DNA of 63,804 bases, filler included, from Octopus bimaculoides (taxonomy: Eukaryota), in NCBI RefSeq assembly GCF_001194135.2. It is 6 parts of 6 records of this genome, joined end to end, with 100 filler letters (N's around TTAATTAATTAA, not from the genome) between each part and the next. Parts side by side here need not be neighbours in the genome. Positions count along the whole stretch, not along the records: positions 1 to 25,565 come from NC_068999.1; positions 25,666 to 43,611 come from NC_069001.1; 4 more parts are not named here. One strand, written 5' to 3'. The notes beneath the pieces are model-generated. The model was not told where the DNA came from and made no database searches. It saw only the letters and a program-made list of their open reading frames with translations. Every line of letters starts with the position of its first letter. Positions within the stretch are counted from its first letter, which is position 1. Below, piece after piece: positions 13,201 through 26,665 of the stretch. Made by a program: the position numbers and the translations under genes.

Positions 13201-14584
13201 GTAACACTATCAGCGAGAATAACAGACATTATTCTCTTAAAATCTTCAATTAATCTTTTTGCCTTTCCTAATCACGCCATATTGAATACCATTCCGTCAT
13301 TTTGCTTTCTTTCCTATGTGCTATTTATTTGGGGGAAAAGAATTACATTTGTGCAATATGCAAGGAAGCGATAACAAGGATATTCGCGGAAGGCCTTACC
13401 AATCATATTCGTAATACCTTCCCTGTCTTCATTAAAACTAATGCTGATTCTATTTGTCACCTTTGGCGACGTAAATATACCAACACCGGATATCAGTCTG
13501 TGCTGATGGATAAACATAGCTTCAACGACACACACGCACAAGTGGGTGTCTGTGTATTTATGTTTATATATATATATATATATATNNNNNNNNNNNNNNN
13601 NNNNNNNNNNNNNNNNNNNNNNNNNNNNNNNNNNNNNNNNNNNNNNNNNNNNNNNNNNNNNNNNNNNNNNNNNNNNNNNNNNNNNNNNNNNNNNNNNNNN
13701 NNNNNNNNNNNNNNNNNNNNNNNNNNNNNNNNNNNNNNNNNNNNNNNNNNNNNNNNNNNNNNNNNNNNNNNNNNNNNNNNNNNNNNNNNNNNNNNNNNNN
13801 NNNNNNNNNNNNNNNNNNNNNNNNNNNNNNNNNNNNNNNNNNNNNNNNNNNNNNNNNNNNNNNNNNNNNNNNNNNNNNNNNNNNNNNNNNNNNNNNNNNN
13901 NNNNNNNNNNNNNNNNNNNNNNNNNNNNNNNNNNNNNNNNNNNNNNNNNNNNNNNNNNNNNNNNNNNNNNNNNNNNNNNNNNNNNNNNNNNNNNNNNNNN
14001 NNNNNNNNNNNNNNNNNNNNNNNNNNNNNNNNNNNNNNNNNNNNNNNNNNNNNNNNNNNNNNNNNNNNNNNNNNNNNNNNNNNNNNNNNNNNNNNNNNNN
14101 NNNNNNNNNNNNNNNNNNNNNNNNNNNNNNNNNNNNNNNNNNNNNNNNNNNNNNNNNNNNNNNNNNNNNNNNNNNNNNNNNNNNNNNNNNNNNNNNNNNN
14201 NNNNNNNNNNNNNNNNNNNNNNNNNNNNNNNNNNNNNNNNNNNNNNNNNNNNNNNNNNNNNNNNNNNNNNNNNNNNNNNNNNNNNNNNNNNNNNNNNNNN
14301 NNNNNNNNNNNNNNNNNNNNNNNNNNNNNNNNNNNNNNNNNNNNNNNNNNNNNNNNNNNNNNNNNNNNNNNNNNNNNNNNNNNNNNNNNNNNNNNNNNNN
14401 NNNNNNNNNNNNNNNNNNNNNNNNNNNNNNNNNNNNNNNNNNNNNNNNNNNNNNNNNNNNNNNNNNNNNNNNNNNNNNNNNNNNNNNNNNNNNNNNNNNN
14501 NNNNNNNNNNNNNNNNNNNNNNNNNNNNNNNNNNNNNNNNNNNNNNNNNNNNNNNNNNNNNNNNNNNNNNNNNNNNNNNNNNNN

Positions 14585-14615
<31 letters not shown>

Positions 14616-15211
14616 GCACACACACACGCACGCACACGCACACACACACACACACACACACTCACTCTTACAAATGTGAAGCCATGCAAATTGCATATAT
14701 GCATACCTTCCCGACTATATATTCACATACTTACTTACATTCGTTCATACGTAAAAGCATACATGTATTTGTTTATGACCTTGAATGAATGTCTACGAAA
14801 GTAGACAGAGAAAAAAAAATATTTATAGCGAAAGAAAGAGAAATGGAGAAAAAGGAAGACAGAAAAGGGAAATAAACTGTTGTCTCGTAAGTAATTTCAT
14901 CGTTGAAATCTTGTTCCAATTGAAAGCATTCGTGTTCGTCTTAGAGCAGATTCTGAGGTGTGAGTCATGGAAATCCTCGACTTGAAAGGTTACTGTGTTA
15001 CCCTGAGAGCTGAAACACACTAGTGTCGTGGTAATGGGACACCCGGTTAAACAAAGACACCCGAAACAGTTGAAATATAATCAAGAATAACAAAGTTTCT
15101 GCTTTAAGTTTTCTTTTATTTTCCTATTTATTTCTGATTATTGTTTAGTTTGTTTTAATCTACATACACGCTCATGCGATGGGTGTACACACACACACAC
15201 ACACACACATA

Positions 15212-15254
<43 letters not shown>

Positions 15255-15334
15255 TCTCACGCATGAATATGTATATACGTATTGAAGCGTGTGCGTATAT
15301 ATGTGCAGGCGTGGGTGTGTGGAAAGAAGATTGC

Positions 15335-15655
15335 TTATAACCACATGATTCGCTGTTGTCCCACTGCGTGGCACCTTGGGCGTATGTATTCTACTATAAC
15401 CTTGAGCTGACTAAAGCTTTGTGTGTGGATTTGGTAGGCGGAAACTGGACGAAGCCCACCGTGCATACAAATACACACACACACACAAATATATATATTT
15501 TATCTGTCACCTTTTATTTATATGTATGTATCTTTATATTTATGTGTGTGTGTATGTGTGTGTGTGTCCACCATTGCTTGATTACCGATGTTGGTGTGTT
15601 TCTGTCCCTGTAACTTAGCGGCTGGACAGAAAAAAAGAGCGATAGAATAAGTGTG
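15335..15655 (+). mobile_element. Family B SINE
   Basis: cccactgcgtggcaccttgggc...gtggatttggtaggcggaaactg...ccgatgttggtgtg...gtaacttagcgg. Confidence 0.8.
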
Positions 15656-15659
15656 GCTT

Positions 15660-15830
15660 AGGGGTTAGAGATGATGGTTTCATGATCATAAAATTGTGGT
15701 TTCGCTTCCTGGAATGTGTGTCGCATTGTGTTTTTTAGCAAAACTCTTCATTTCACGTTGCTACAGTCTACTCGGCTGACAACAATGAGTTATCTTGCGG
15801 CAGACCGGCGTCCCGTCCAGATAGGCAATA
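15660..15830 (+). mobile_element. Possible third SINE family with a CORE-like middle
   Basis: tRNA-like head, then agcaaaactcttcatttcacgttgctacagtctactcggctg...aatgagt and gaccggcgtcccgtccag, resembling CORE/V-type SINE motifs. Single decayed copy. Confidence 0.4.
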
Positions 15831-15901
15831 TGTGTGGCTGCAGCGAAATAAAATAAAACAATGTATATATATACTTGCATATATGTAAGTATATATGTAA
15901 G

Positions 15902-15941
<40 letters not shown>

Positions 15942-15987
15942 GAATAATATATATATATAAGCATATATGCATATATGTACCTACACA

Positions 15988-16066
<79 letters not shown>

Positions 16067-16366
16067 GGACATATAAGTACTTATCTATGACCCTGCCAAC
16101 CTCTCTCTCTCTCTCTATATATATATATCTAAACGCACACACACACACATATCCATGTGTGACAGAGTGTGTACGTATGTGTACGCGTATACGTGGATAA
16201 ATAATAATACATTATCATATATTATCTGAAGTAATACATATTTACTTAATTGAACAGTTTTCACTTAGTATCATGCCTCGTCATTTACCAATATATTATT
16301 TTACATTTTCTTTTTTCTTATTGCTCTTCTAATTTTCCATTTATTTCGCAATCTATTTATTTGTTT

Positions 16367-16408
<42 letters not shown>

Positions 16409-17140
16409 NNNNNNNNNNNNNNNNNNNNNNNNNNNNNNNNNNNNNNNNNNNNNNNNNNNNNNNNNNNNNNNNNNNNNNNNNNNNNNNNNNNNNNNNNNNN
16501 NNNNNNNNNNNNNNNNNNNNNNNNNNNNNNNNNNNNNNNNNNNNNNNNNNNNNNNNNNNNNNNNNNNNNNNNNNNNNNNNNNNNNNNNNNNNNNNNNNNN
16601 NNNNNNNNNNNNNNNNNNNNNNNNNNNNNNNNNNNNNNNNNNNNNNNNNNNNNNNNNNNNNNNNNNNNNNNNNNNNNNNNNNNNNNNNNNNNNNNNNNNN
16701 NNNNNNNNNNNNNNNNNNNNNNNNNNNNNNNNNNNNNNNNNNNNNNNNNNNNNNNNNNNNNNNNNNNNNNNNNNNNNNNNNNNNNNNNNNNNNNNNNNNN
16801 NNNNNNNNNNNNNNNNNNNNNNNNNNNNNNNNNNNNNNNNNNNNNNNNNNNNNNNNNNNNNNNNNNNNNNNNNNNNNNNNNNNNNNNNNNNNNNNNNNNN
16901 NNNNNNNNNNNNNNNNNNNNNNNNNNNNNNNNNNNNNNNNNNNNNNNNNNNNNNNNNNNNNNNNNNNNNNNNNNNNNNNNNNNNNNNNNNNNNNNNNNNN
17001 NNNNNNNNNNNNNNNNNNNNNNNNNNNNNNNNNNNNNNNNNNNNNNNNNNNNNNNNNNNNNNNNNNNNNNNNNNNNNNNNNNNNNNNNNNNNNNNNNNNN
17101 NNNNNNNNNNNNNNNNNNNNNNNNNNNNNNNNNNNNNNNN

Positions 17141-17280
17141 ATAGCTTCGGCAAAAGAGACAGTTAGAATAAGTACTGGGCCTAAAAAATGATTCCTGAGG
17201 TTGATTTGTTCGACTAAGAGCCTTCAAGGCGGCGTCCTAGAATGGCCGCAGTAAAATAAGTGAAACAAATTATAAGATAG
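17141..17280 (+). mobile_element. Family B SINE, 3' half (5' part lost in gap)
   Basis: ttcggcaaaagagacagttagaataagtact...ttgttcgactaag...cttcaaggcggcg...atggccgcagt. Confidence 0.8.
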
Positions 17281-17333
17281 ATGTGCTGGACCATGGCTGA
17301 TTGCCTGCAGGCCTGAACATACTGAATTGTTAC

Positions 17334-17480
17334 CCGGAAGTTCCACGTATTTCAGGACTCAATGTTAATCCTTGTTTGTTTAAGGTTGCTGTCAATATGT
17401 CAATTCTATTGGTCGCACTTCTTTGATTTGCTCGTATTCCTATTCTTATAATCCTGTTAAGACGTCCCCGAGAGCAGGGA
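17334..17480 (-). CDS. Candidate internal coding exon (147 nt, phase 2-2), product unknown
   Basis: Minus-strand acceptor ctacttgttgtttcccttcattttag and donor GG|gtaaca. Only one frame is open: xPCSRGRLNRIIRIGIRANQRSATNRIDILTATLNKQGLTLSPEIRGTSG. No family recognised. Confidence 0.3.
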
Positions 17481-18357
17481 CTAAAATGAAGGGAAACAAC
17501 AAGTAGAAGAAGGGCTCGTTGTAGTACCTCATCATATAGAAATTCTCCCTGGATGTGGGAGGGAAAAAGTGAGATGGTCACGACTGAAAAACCTTTGATC
17601 ATAGGTTTCGTTAATTTGAGAGGACCTAGTGACCCTAGTGACCTAGCAACAACAACAAAAACGACAACAAAAGAAGCACCAACGTTAGGGAACAACAAAC
17701 AACAGTTTATTTCGATTAGGACATCCACGGTATCCAACACAATGCAAATATGTCGAAAATGTAAATAAATTAAGCGGATGAAACAAATATTAAATAAATT
17801 AGAATAAGATAATATACTCAGCTCGCAAGGTGGGACAGAGCAAGTGTCAGATAGAGTGAGAGATGCTGAGAGGAGGAGAGAGAATTGAAGAGAGATGGAG
17901 CGAGAGAAATAGAGAGAAATTGAGAGGGGAGGAGGAAAAGAGAGAAACTGAAAGAGAGGGGAGGAGAAAGAGAGAGAGAGTGCGATGAGTGATGGCGGAA
18001 GTGGTTAGCAAAGAAGACAAGAGTGAAAAATACCAGGATAAAAGGTGTGTGTATGATATTAATTCTATAGGTGGAATGTGGAGAGGGGTTAGAAGAATAA
18101 AATTAGGACACTGGAAGAACGGGTGAGTTTATATCCGGGTATAGTAGGTATCAGGGGTATTTGAGAATGTGGCGTGTGTGGTTCAGAACTGTGTAAGTTC
18201 GAATCAGCAGACGAGCGGGCAACAGAGGGTGAGATTTGAGCAAATATATGGACGTAGTCTTGGTTTAATAAACGGAGGTAGACGATCGGTGTTTAATAAG
18301 ATTTCTCTGCCTTGTGTATATACATGATGTGTGTGTGTGTGCTTTAAAGTGAGTGTG

Positions 18358-18398
<41 letters not shown>

Positions 18399-19716
18399 AG
18401 TAAATGGTGAGGTTGTGTTAACCGCACGTGGAGAAATAATAGGAAAATGAAAAGCATTCTGGCTTTTTTTCATTTTCCNNNNNNNNNNNNNNNNNNNNNN
18501 NNNNNNNNNNNNNNNNNNNNNNNNNNNNNNNNNNNNNNNNNNNNNNNNNNNNNNNNNNNNNNNNNNNNNNNNNNNNNNNNNNNNNNNNNNNNNNNNNNNN
18601 NNNNNNNNNNNNNNNNNNNNNNNNNNNNNNNNNNNNNNNNNNNNNNNNNNNNNNNNNNNNNNNNNNNNNNNNNNNNNNNNNNNNNNNNNNNNNNNNNNNN
18701 NNNNNNNNNNNNNNNNNNNNNNNNNNNNNNNNNNNNNNNNNNNNNNNNNNNNNNNNNNNNNNNNNNNNNNNNNNNNNNNNNNNNNNNNNNNNNNNNNNNN
18801 NNNNNNNNNNNNNNNNNNNNNNNNNNNNNNNNNNNNNNNNNNNNNNNNNNNNNNNNNNNNNNNNNNNNNNNNNNNNNNNNNNNNNNNNNNNNNNNNNNNN
18901 NNNNNNNNNNNNNNNNNNNNNNNNNNNNNNNNNNNNNNNNNNNNNNNNNNNNNNNNNNNNNNNNNNNNNNNNNNNNNNNNNNNNNNNNNNNNNNNNNNNN
19001 NNNNNNNNNNNNNNNNNNNNNNNNNNNNNNNNNNNNNNNNNNNNNNNNNNNNNNNNNNNNNNNNNNNNNNNNNNNNNNNNNNNNNNNNNNNNNNNNNNNN
19101 NNNNNNNNNNNNNNNNNNNNNNNNNNNNNNNNNNNNNNNNNNNNNNNNNNNNNNNNNNNNNNNNNNNNNNNNNNNNNNNNNNNNNNNNNNNNNNNNNNNN
19201 NNNNNNNNNNNNNNNNNNNNNNNNNNNNNNNNNNNNNNNNNNNNNNNNNNNNNNNNNNNNNNNNNNNNNNNNNNNNNNNNNNNNNNNNNNNNNNNATCTC
19301 TCATACGCAACGAAATGCTATTGTGGAAACATCACGCTTTGTGAGATCGAATCTGTTGCTAAATGGTCGCAAAACAAACGCTTGTAACCACACAGCTGCA
19401 TACGCAATTTACAATTTAGCAGAAACAATGTACCGTTGAGCTACATAACTAATTATAATTTGGTGAGCTTAAAGACGGTGATGACAACAACGATGACGAA
19501 GAAAACGGTAATGATGAAGACGATGGTTGTCTTTATTTTTATTGATGTTTAGCCCTGAGTCAATTCATCCTGACGGAACAGACACTATGATCAACTGTAT
19601 CTCTGCTCGAGAGCATCGTCTTCTTTATTTTATTTCAATATTTCGATGAATGATTGTTTGTAACTTAGGTACAAGAACTGTAATCAAGTGGAAGGTACTA
19701 TAATATATATTATATC

Positions 19717-20164
19717 TATTTCTTTATTGCCCACAGGGATCTAAACATAGAGGAGACAAACAAGGACAGACAAAGTGATTAAGTCATTTACATCGACGCC
19801 AGTGTGCAACTGGTACTTATTTAATCAACCCCGAATTGATGAAACGCAAAGTCGACCTCAGCAGAATTTGTACTCAGAACGTAAAGACAGACTAAGTACC
19901 GCTAAGCATTTCGCCCAGCGTGCTAACGTTTCTTATTTCTTTATTGCCCACAACGGGCTAAACATAGAGGGGACAAACAAGGACAGACAAAGCGATTAAG
20001 TCAATTACATCGACACCAGTGTGTAACTGGTACGTATTTAATCGACCCCGAAAGGATGAAAGGCAAAGATGACCTTGGCGGAATTTGAACTCAGAACGTA
20101 ATGGCAGACGAAATACCGCTAAGCATTTCGCCCGGCGTGCTAACGATTCAGCCAGCTCGCCTTT
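19717..20164 (-). mobile_element. Head-to-tail family A SINE dimer (full copy plus 5'-clipped copy)
   Basis: Two tandem copies with the junction at 19932/19933 (+ strand ctaacgtttc|ttatttctttattg). Confidence 0.9.
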
Positions 20165-20323
20165 ATATTAACTCCGGAATGATGAAGCGCAAAGTTGTCG
20201 TCCACGGGATATGAACCCAGAAGGTAAAGCGTGGGAGGAAACATTACAAGGCATTTTGTCCGATTCGTTAACGATTATGCATACCTGCATTCCAGGCATG
20301 ACCATCCTGTTTTTATTTTACAG

Positions 20324-20380
20324 ATATGTCGGACTACATTATTTCGTATTTTCCCGTCTTATATGTTACTGTAGGGAGAG
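20324..20380 (+). CDS. Candidate 57-nt exon, product unknown
   Basis: Acceptor ctgtttttattttacag and donor GAG|gtaaga. Two frames are open (YVGLHYFVFSRLICYCRE or MSDYIISYFPVLYVTVGR). Confidence 0.25.
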
Positions 20381-20489
20381 GTAAGATAGAAAGAAATATG
20401 ATCTTATTTGCAGGCCATTATTCCCGCTCTATCAGGAATATTTGACCTGGGGCTAAACATCAAACAAAAAACAAAGACGGTCTCGATCG

Positions 20490-20810
20490 ATGACGACTAT
20501 GATATTCGTCGTCATCGTCGTCGTCGTCAACAAGATCATCACTGTCGTCGTCATCATCGTCGTCATCATCGTCGTCATCATCGTCATCCTCCTCCTCCTC
20601 CTCCTCCTCCTCCTCATCATCATCATCATCATCATAATTAGAACAGGCATTAGCATAGCACTTAACTGTAAGCTTTCGTTCTCATAATCTTCTTGCCTTC
20701 TTGACGTTGATATGGTGGTCATAATGATGATGATGATGATGACGATGACGATGATGACGATTATCATCATCATCATCATCATCATCATCACCACAACAAC
20801 AACAATAATA
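20490..20810. repeat. Compound trinucleotide repeats (TCG/TCA/CCT/GAT/ACA)
   Basis: Direct reading. Confidence 0.9.
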
Positions 20811-21002
20811 AACGCCCGCACCCAACCAAGCCTATTTCTATTTCACTGTTTGCGTTTCAATTACACGTTAGTTCCTTTATCTTTCAGCTTTCCCATTAGT
20901 CTTGTTTACATATTTTCTCACAGAATATTGGTTTTTCTCCTTATATCCTTGAGACTCTTCACCGATTAAACTTGATTATTATAATACTTTTAAATTTTTC
21001 TG

Positions 21003-21036
<34 letters not shown>

Positions 21037-21412
21037 CTTATCCCATTTCCTCATTCTCTTCCCTCTTCCCTCTCTCCCTCTCTCCCTCTCTCTCGTTGTC
21101 TTCGTTGTCTGTCAAGGCATATANNNNNNNNNNNNNNNNNNNNNNNNNNNNNNNNNNNNNNNNNNNNNNNNNNNNNNNNNNNNNNNNNNNNNNNNNNNNN
21201 NNNNNNNNNNNNNNNNNNNNNNNNNNNNNNNNNNNNNNNNNNNNNNNNNNNNNNNNNNNNNNNNNNNNNNNNNNNNNNNNNNNNNNNNNNNNNNNNNNNN
21301 NNNNNNNNNNNNNNNNNNNNNNNNNNNNNNNNNNNNNNNNNNNNNNNNNNNNNNNNNNNNNNNNNNNNNNNNNNNNNNNNNNNNNNNNNNNNNNNNNNNN
21401 NNNNNNNNNNNN

Positions 21413-21469
<57 letters not shown>

Positions 21470-21798
21470 ATATATATGTACATATATACATGCATATATA
21501 TGTGTTTGTACCTGTGTGTGTGTGTATGTTTGTGTATGTGTGTGTGTGTGTGTGTGAGTGTGTATGCATGTATATATACATGTGTGAGCGTCTGTGTGTA
21601 TGTATGTATGAATATATTTCTTTAATTTTCTTAGCAGACGTCTACATTCGAAGATTGAATACAGACACTCAATCACACACACACACACACACACACACTT
21701 TTACTAATCTACACACATATATACCTGTGCACATCCACACACCCACGCTCACGGATGCATAAAATATACACGCATATACATTCATGTTTGCGTATTTC

Positions 21799-21831
<33 letters not shown>

Positions 21832-22489
21832 NNNNNNNNNNNNNNNNNNNNNNNNNNNNNNNNNNNNNNNNNNNNNNNNNNNNNNNNNNNNNNNNNNNNN
21901 NNNNNNNNNNNNNNNNNNNNNNNNNNNNNNNNNNNNNNNNNNNNNNNNNNNNNNNNNNNNNNNNNNNNNNNNNNNNNNNNNNNNNNNNNNTATATATATA
22001 TATATATATATATGTATATACTTATATATATGTGTGTGTGTTTGTATGTATGTACATATATATATATATATATATATGTACGTATATATGAGTGTATGCC
22101 TGTGAAAGTGAATTGTATGTCCGTAAGACCATTGTTGTCCGTGTACAGAGGGTACGTTATCCATCCACAAGTTCACTTGTACCGACTTTTTTCTATTAAC
22201 GCTGACATTGCTGTGTCCTTGATGAAGCTACATAACTCTCAGATGGGCCAATCCTCAAAGATGTAAACTGATACATCAGTATAATCAGAAGTGCATAATA
22301 AAACTGACTAGCTGTTTCGTTCCTGCCCTGTAGGCAGTGTTTCTCATAGGGAAAGGCCATGCCTACTTGGGATGGGCGTTGTGTGGACTGAAAATGATGG
22401 ACATGTTTTACAAATTTGTTCAAAAATAGTTGAACTTCTTCAACACCATGCACACCGCCGTATATGATAAATATCACTTTGTACTATAG

Positions 22490-22902
22490 ACACAAGGCCT
22501 GAATATTTGTAAGAGGTGGGTAGTCAATTAGATTGACTCCAGTGCTGAAATGTTAATTATTTTGTCGATTCAGGTACGAGGAAAAGACAAAGTCTGCGGA
22601 ATTTCAACTCATAACTTAAAGATGCATTTTGTCCGACATGCTAACGATTTTGTAAGCTCGCTGTCTTAGAAAATAAAGTAATATCTATTTAAAAATATTG
22701 GCCCAATGCCAGCAATGTCGGGGAAAGGTGTAGGTGAATTACATTGGTCCCTAGTGCTCAGTTGGTACTTATTTTGTCGAACCCGAAAGGCTGTGTGGTA
22801 AAGTCAACCTCGGTAGAATTTGAACTCAGAGCATGAAGGTAGACGAAATGACGTTAAGTATTTTGCCGGCGTTTTAACGATTCTGGCAGCTCCCCGCCTT
22901 AA
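22490..22902 (-). mobile_element. Two diverged family A SINEs
   Basis: Reverse-complement matches, e.g. gaatttgaactcagagcatgaaggtagacgaaatg...aacgattctggcagctccccgccttaa. Confidence 0.75.
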
Positions 22903-23052
22903 GATACGGGTATTATTTTAAACCCTCTTTGGAACGTATCTGCAATCGATGATGCAGCCTTGTTACATTTTGTCACTCAGTTCTTTGCATATAGTTTTGA
23001 TTTTTGGTTTAACTTTTACGATAAACGAGAAAAAAACAGTTATCAGATAGTA

Positions 23053-23355
23053 GATTGTTTGCCCACATAACATGGCAGTCCTGGTTTAGGAGGACTGTTG
23101 CTGTAGTTTAGCCCCAGGAGACATCGTCTCCAGCTGGCTATACGACACGATCTGTCCTTATATTTTCGAACAAGGGAATTTAGCACCCCCACTCAGCTCA
23201 AAACGATATCTGTCTATCGCGATGTCCTTGTTCGAAAATATAAGGACACATATCGTGTCGTATAGCCAGCTGGAAACGATGTCTCCTGGGACTAAATTAC
23301 AGCGACATTCGTCCTAAACCAGGACTTCCATGTTATGTTGACAAACAATCTTTAC
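23053..23355. mobile_element. Foldback/MITE-like palindromic element, copy 1
   Basis: Inverted arms of ~125 bp (gattgtttgcccacataacatggcagtcctggtttagg... / ...cctaaaccaggacttccatgttatgttgacaaacaatc) around a ~48-nt spacer. A second copy lies at 58092-58350. Confidence 0.8.
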
Positions 23356-24021
23356 TACAAAGTACTGTTGCTGAATATCTCACGTTGTGAGATTTAAAAA
23401 TAGTAATTTTCTAGTTATCAAATAGTCTGATGAATTTAATTACTATCCTACGTTCCCCCAAACCATTGATTTGCCCCCTCCCCCGCCCGGATATTTCTTT
23501 ATCGAACAAGCCTACTCAGATCATATGTAATAACATCGTTTCTGCTTTTAGGTACCAAGGCAAATATTATCCGATGTGTCGTTCTCAAAAATGCGCGCCT
23601 TCTACAGGGTTAAAATTCAACATACCAGCATTAACGTGATGTTTTGTTTAAATAGCATAATTCATTTTGTCAATCTGAGCGAGGTTCTCTTACACGGATG
23701 TGTGATGACTTACTTCCCTGAAACTTGAATATTAAGAAAACGTACGTAAAATGGTATAAAATAATATAAAAATAAATATACGCAAACATAAATAAATAAA
23801 TAAATAGGTAAACAAAATGAAATTATACTCTTCAGCCCGAAAGATTTCTCGCACGGTGAGAAGAATATGCTAACAGAAGATTCTAATATATACATACTTA
23901 CGCACGTATACACGCACGCGTACACACACACACACACACAGAGGTATACATAGGTATATATACATAAATTTGTGTGTGTATATACATATCCTAATACATT
24001 TATACTTACACACACGCACAT

Positions 24022-24066
<45 letters not shown>

Positions 24067-24076
24067 NNNNNNNNNN

Positions 24077-24115
<39 letters not shown>

Positions 24116-25369
24116 TGTGTGTGTGTTTGTGTGTGTTTGCAGGACACTTGAATAATATAAATAAAACACCATTGTAGTTAGGGTAAAAGACACCTGACGG
24201 AAAACATACGTGTATATTCGTGTATTGGAGTTTCTACGTGTTTGTGTGTCTGTGTTGATAATCTGTATACATATGTTTTATGTATATATGTCTTGCGTAC
24301 ATTTAGCGTAAATTGTGTGTGCGCGTGTGATGTCTATAATACGTGAGTTATGAAATTAGCGTTGTGATGACTTGGAGACTTTAAAATGGAGAAGAGTAGG
24401 GTGTCAATAAAATAAATACCAAAATCTTACTTCTTACTTCTTGGGTAAACTGATTGAAAACATCCTGTGGCACGTCTGGAATGTTCAGTTTGTTTTCATA
24501 TTACGATCGTTATTACCGCTAGGGAGTGGATGGCAAAAATACTAGAGTAACTTACGGGAAAAATTTAATACTTAGCTCTTTCTATACTTTAGCTCTACAT
24601 CCTCTGTTTTCATCCCCACTTTCTCTCAGTTTAGGTCTCTTTTACCCCTGTCTCTCCTTCTCTCTTTTCCTCCTCATTCTTTCTAACATTTTCCAAGTCA
24701 CTATCATGCCTTTCTCGCTTTTTTTTTTTCCAAGTCGATCTAACTTCTCTCTTTTTCTGTTCCATTATTCTGAAGTTGATAAAATTCAATACCTATCAGG
24801 GAAAAAGCAATGCTACTACGATAGCGGTAGTGCTCCATAGTCTGGTATTAATCTGGAATTCTTTCTATCGATCTCTATCAATCGACTGAAAATTTTAACT
24901 TTTGACGTAAAGGAAAGTGGTGCAACACAAGTATTTGTACATTTCATATCTGCGATAAAGTATTCTAAATAAACAAGCAAAGCGACATTCTGAATCTCGG
25001 TGTTCACCATGCGCATGACGATATATTATATATATAAACTTTAGGTTAGTTCGAATATTTTTGTGTCATACTTTACCTTCTTTAAGTAATTTCACTGCAG
25101 TTTACCGAAGAAAAAATCTTGTTGCTTTTGATAACAGGTGCAGAAAAAGCTTATCTGCTTTGATAGATAGACACATAATACATACGTACATACAAATATG
25201 CAAACATATATACTCACACATAGAGCATCCATGTACATAAATTTATACACGCAGGCACGTATATATATATCATATGAATAGAGTATTTAAATGTTTTATT
25301 CACATAGACATATACGCATATATGTGTACGAGGAAGGAGAGAAAGAGAGGGAGATATAAAAATCGAGAG

Positions 25370-25370
25370 C

Positions 25371-25430
<60 letters not shown>

Positions 25431-25441
25431 CAGAGACAGAC

Positions 25442-25504
<63 letters not shown>

Positions 25505-25525
25505 ATGATAGATAGATTGATAGAT
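25370..25525. repeat. (GATA)n/(GA)n microsatellite
   Basis: Direct reading. Confidence 0.95.
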
Positions 25526-25565
25526 ACATTTCTTTTATTAGCCACACAGGGCTCAACGAAGATGG

Positions 25566-25665
25566 NNNNNNNNNNNNNNNNNNNNNNNNNNNNNNNNNNN
25601 NNNNNNNNNTTAATTAATTAANNNNNNNNNNNNNNNNNNNNNNNNNNNNNNNNNNNNNNNNNNNN
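25566..25665. other. Assembly linker gap: 44 N + TTAATTAATTAA + 44 N
   Basis: The same 100-nt construct occurs at 43612-43711, 47210-47309, 59996-60095 and 62683-62782. The 12-mer places stops in all six frames. Confidence 0.95.
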
Positions 25666-25688
25666 TATATACATACATACATACATAA

Positions 25689-25719
<31 letters not shown>

Positions 25720-25744
25720 CATACATACATACATACATACATAA

Positions 25745-25775
<31 letters not shown>

Positions 25776-26348
25776 CACAATTATGCGGATTCATAAAAGA
25801 TCGAGACAGAACTATGCAGTTCCGACAGTGAAGCAAACCATTATCCAAGCACTGAAAGTATCAACAAGCACATCCTGGTGACAGGTAATCTGCAATTCCA
25901 ATCGTATACCAAAGAATCACTGAAGAGTGCAATCATAAGTGTGGTGTAAAAGAAGAACAGACGAATCGGTTCTCAATGTTGCTACAACTGTTTCATTAGG
26001 AATTTTTACTTTGACATAAACATAATACGATTATTTGGATAATGCAATAGATTATGTAACTTGCAAATTCATCAGACAGCCACGTAAAACAAGTTAACAA
26101 CGATGTGTTAAGTAACATACATATATTCATACACACATGCATACCTATACATATTAAATTTTTCCTAAGTTTAGCATTTAAGTATATACAATGTAGATAG
26201 TTAGGACAAATTCCAGCTGTTTCTTCTTGAAGTGTATCTGCTTATTCCAGTATTACAATCCAATATATTGTCTCAGTTGGTGCTGCGTGTTAATTCAAAA
26301 TACATATCAAAATTGAGAATTATGGAAATATTATTTGCAAAGATTTTG

Positions 26349-26665
26349 TATAATAAACCAGGAAGTAGGAATTTTTTTTTTTATATTATTTATTTACCAT
26401 TACTTGCGTTTCATTTGATAATAGGAATTACAGATTATTACATGTTAGACACACCTGTAAGGAATTGCCTCTTAAAAATTCTTCAGACAGAGAAATTAAA
26501 TGATATTTAAATATTATTTAATTTCTGTCTGAAGAATTTCTGATAGGGAATTCCTTACCTGTCTATCTAACATATAAAACTTTGTAATTCCTATTAACAA
26601 ATGAAACATGTGTAATGGTGAATAAGTGATACCAAAAAACTTCCAATTTGCCTGTTATATTATAA
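26349..26665. repeat. Long imperfect palindrome with no loop (centre 26508/26509)
   Basis: ttcttcagacagagaaattaaatgatattt|aaatattatttaatttctgtctgaagaa. Outer arms ccattac...tttcatttgataataggaattaca / tgtaattcctattaacaaatgaaac...gtaatgg. Confidence 0.8.
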
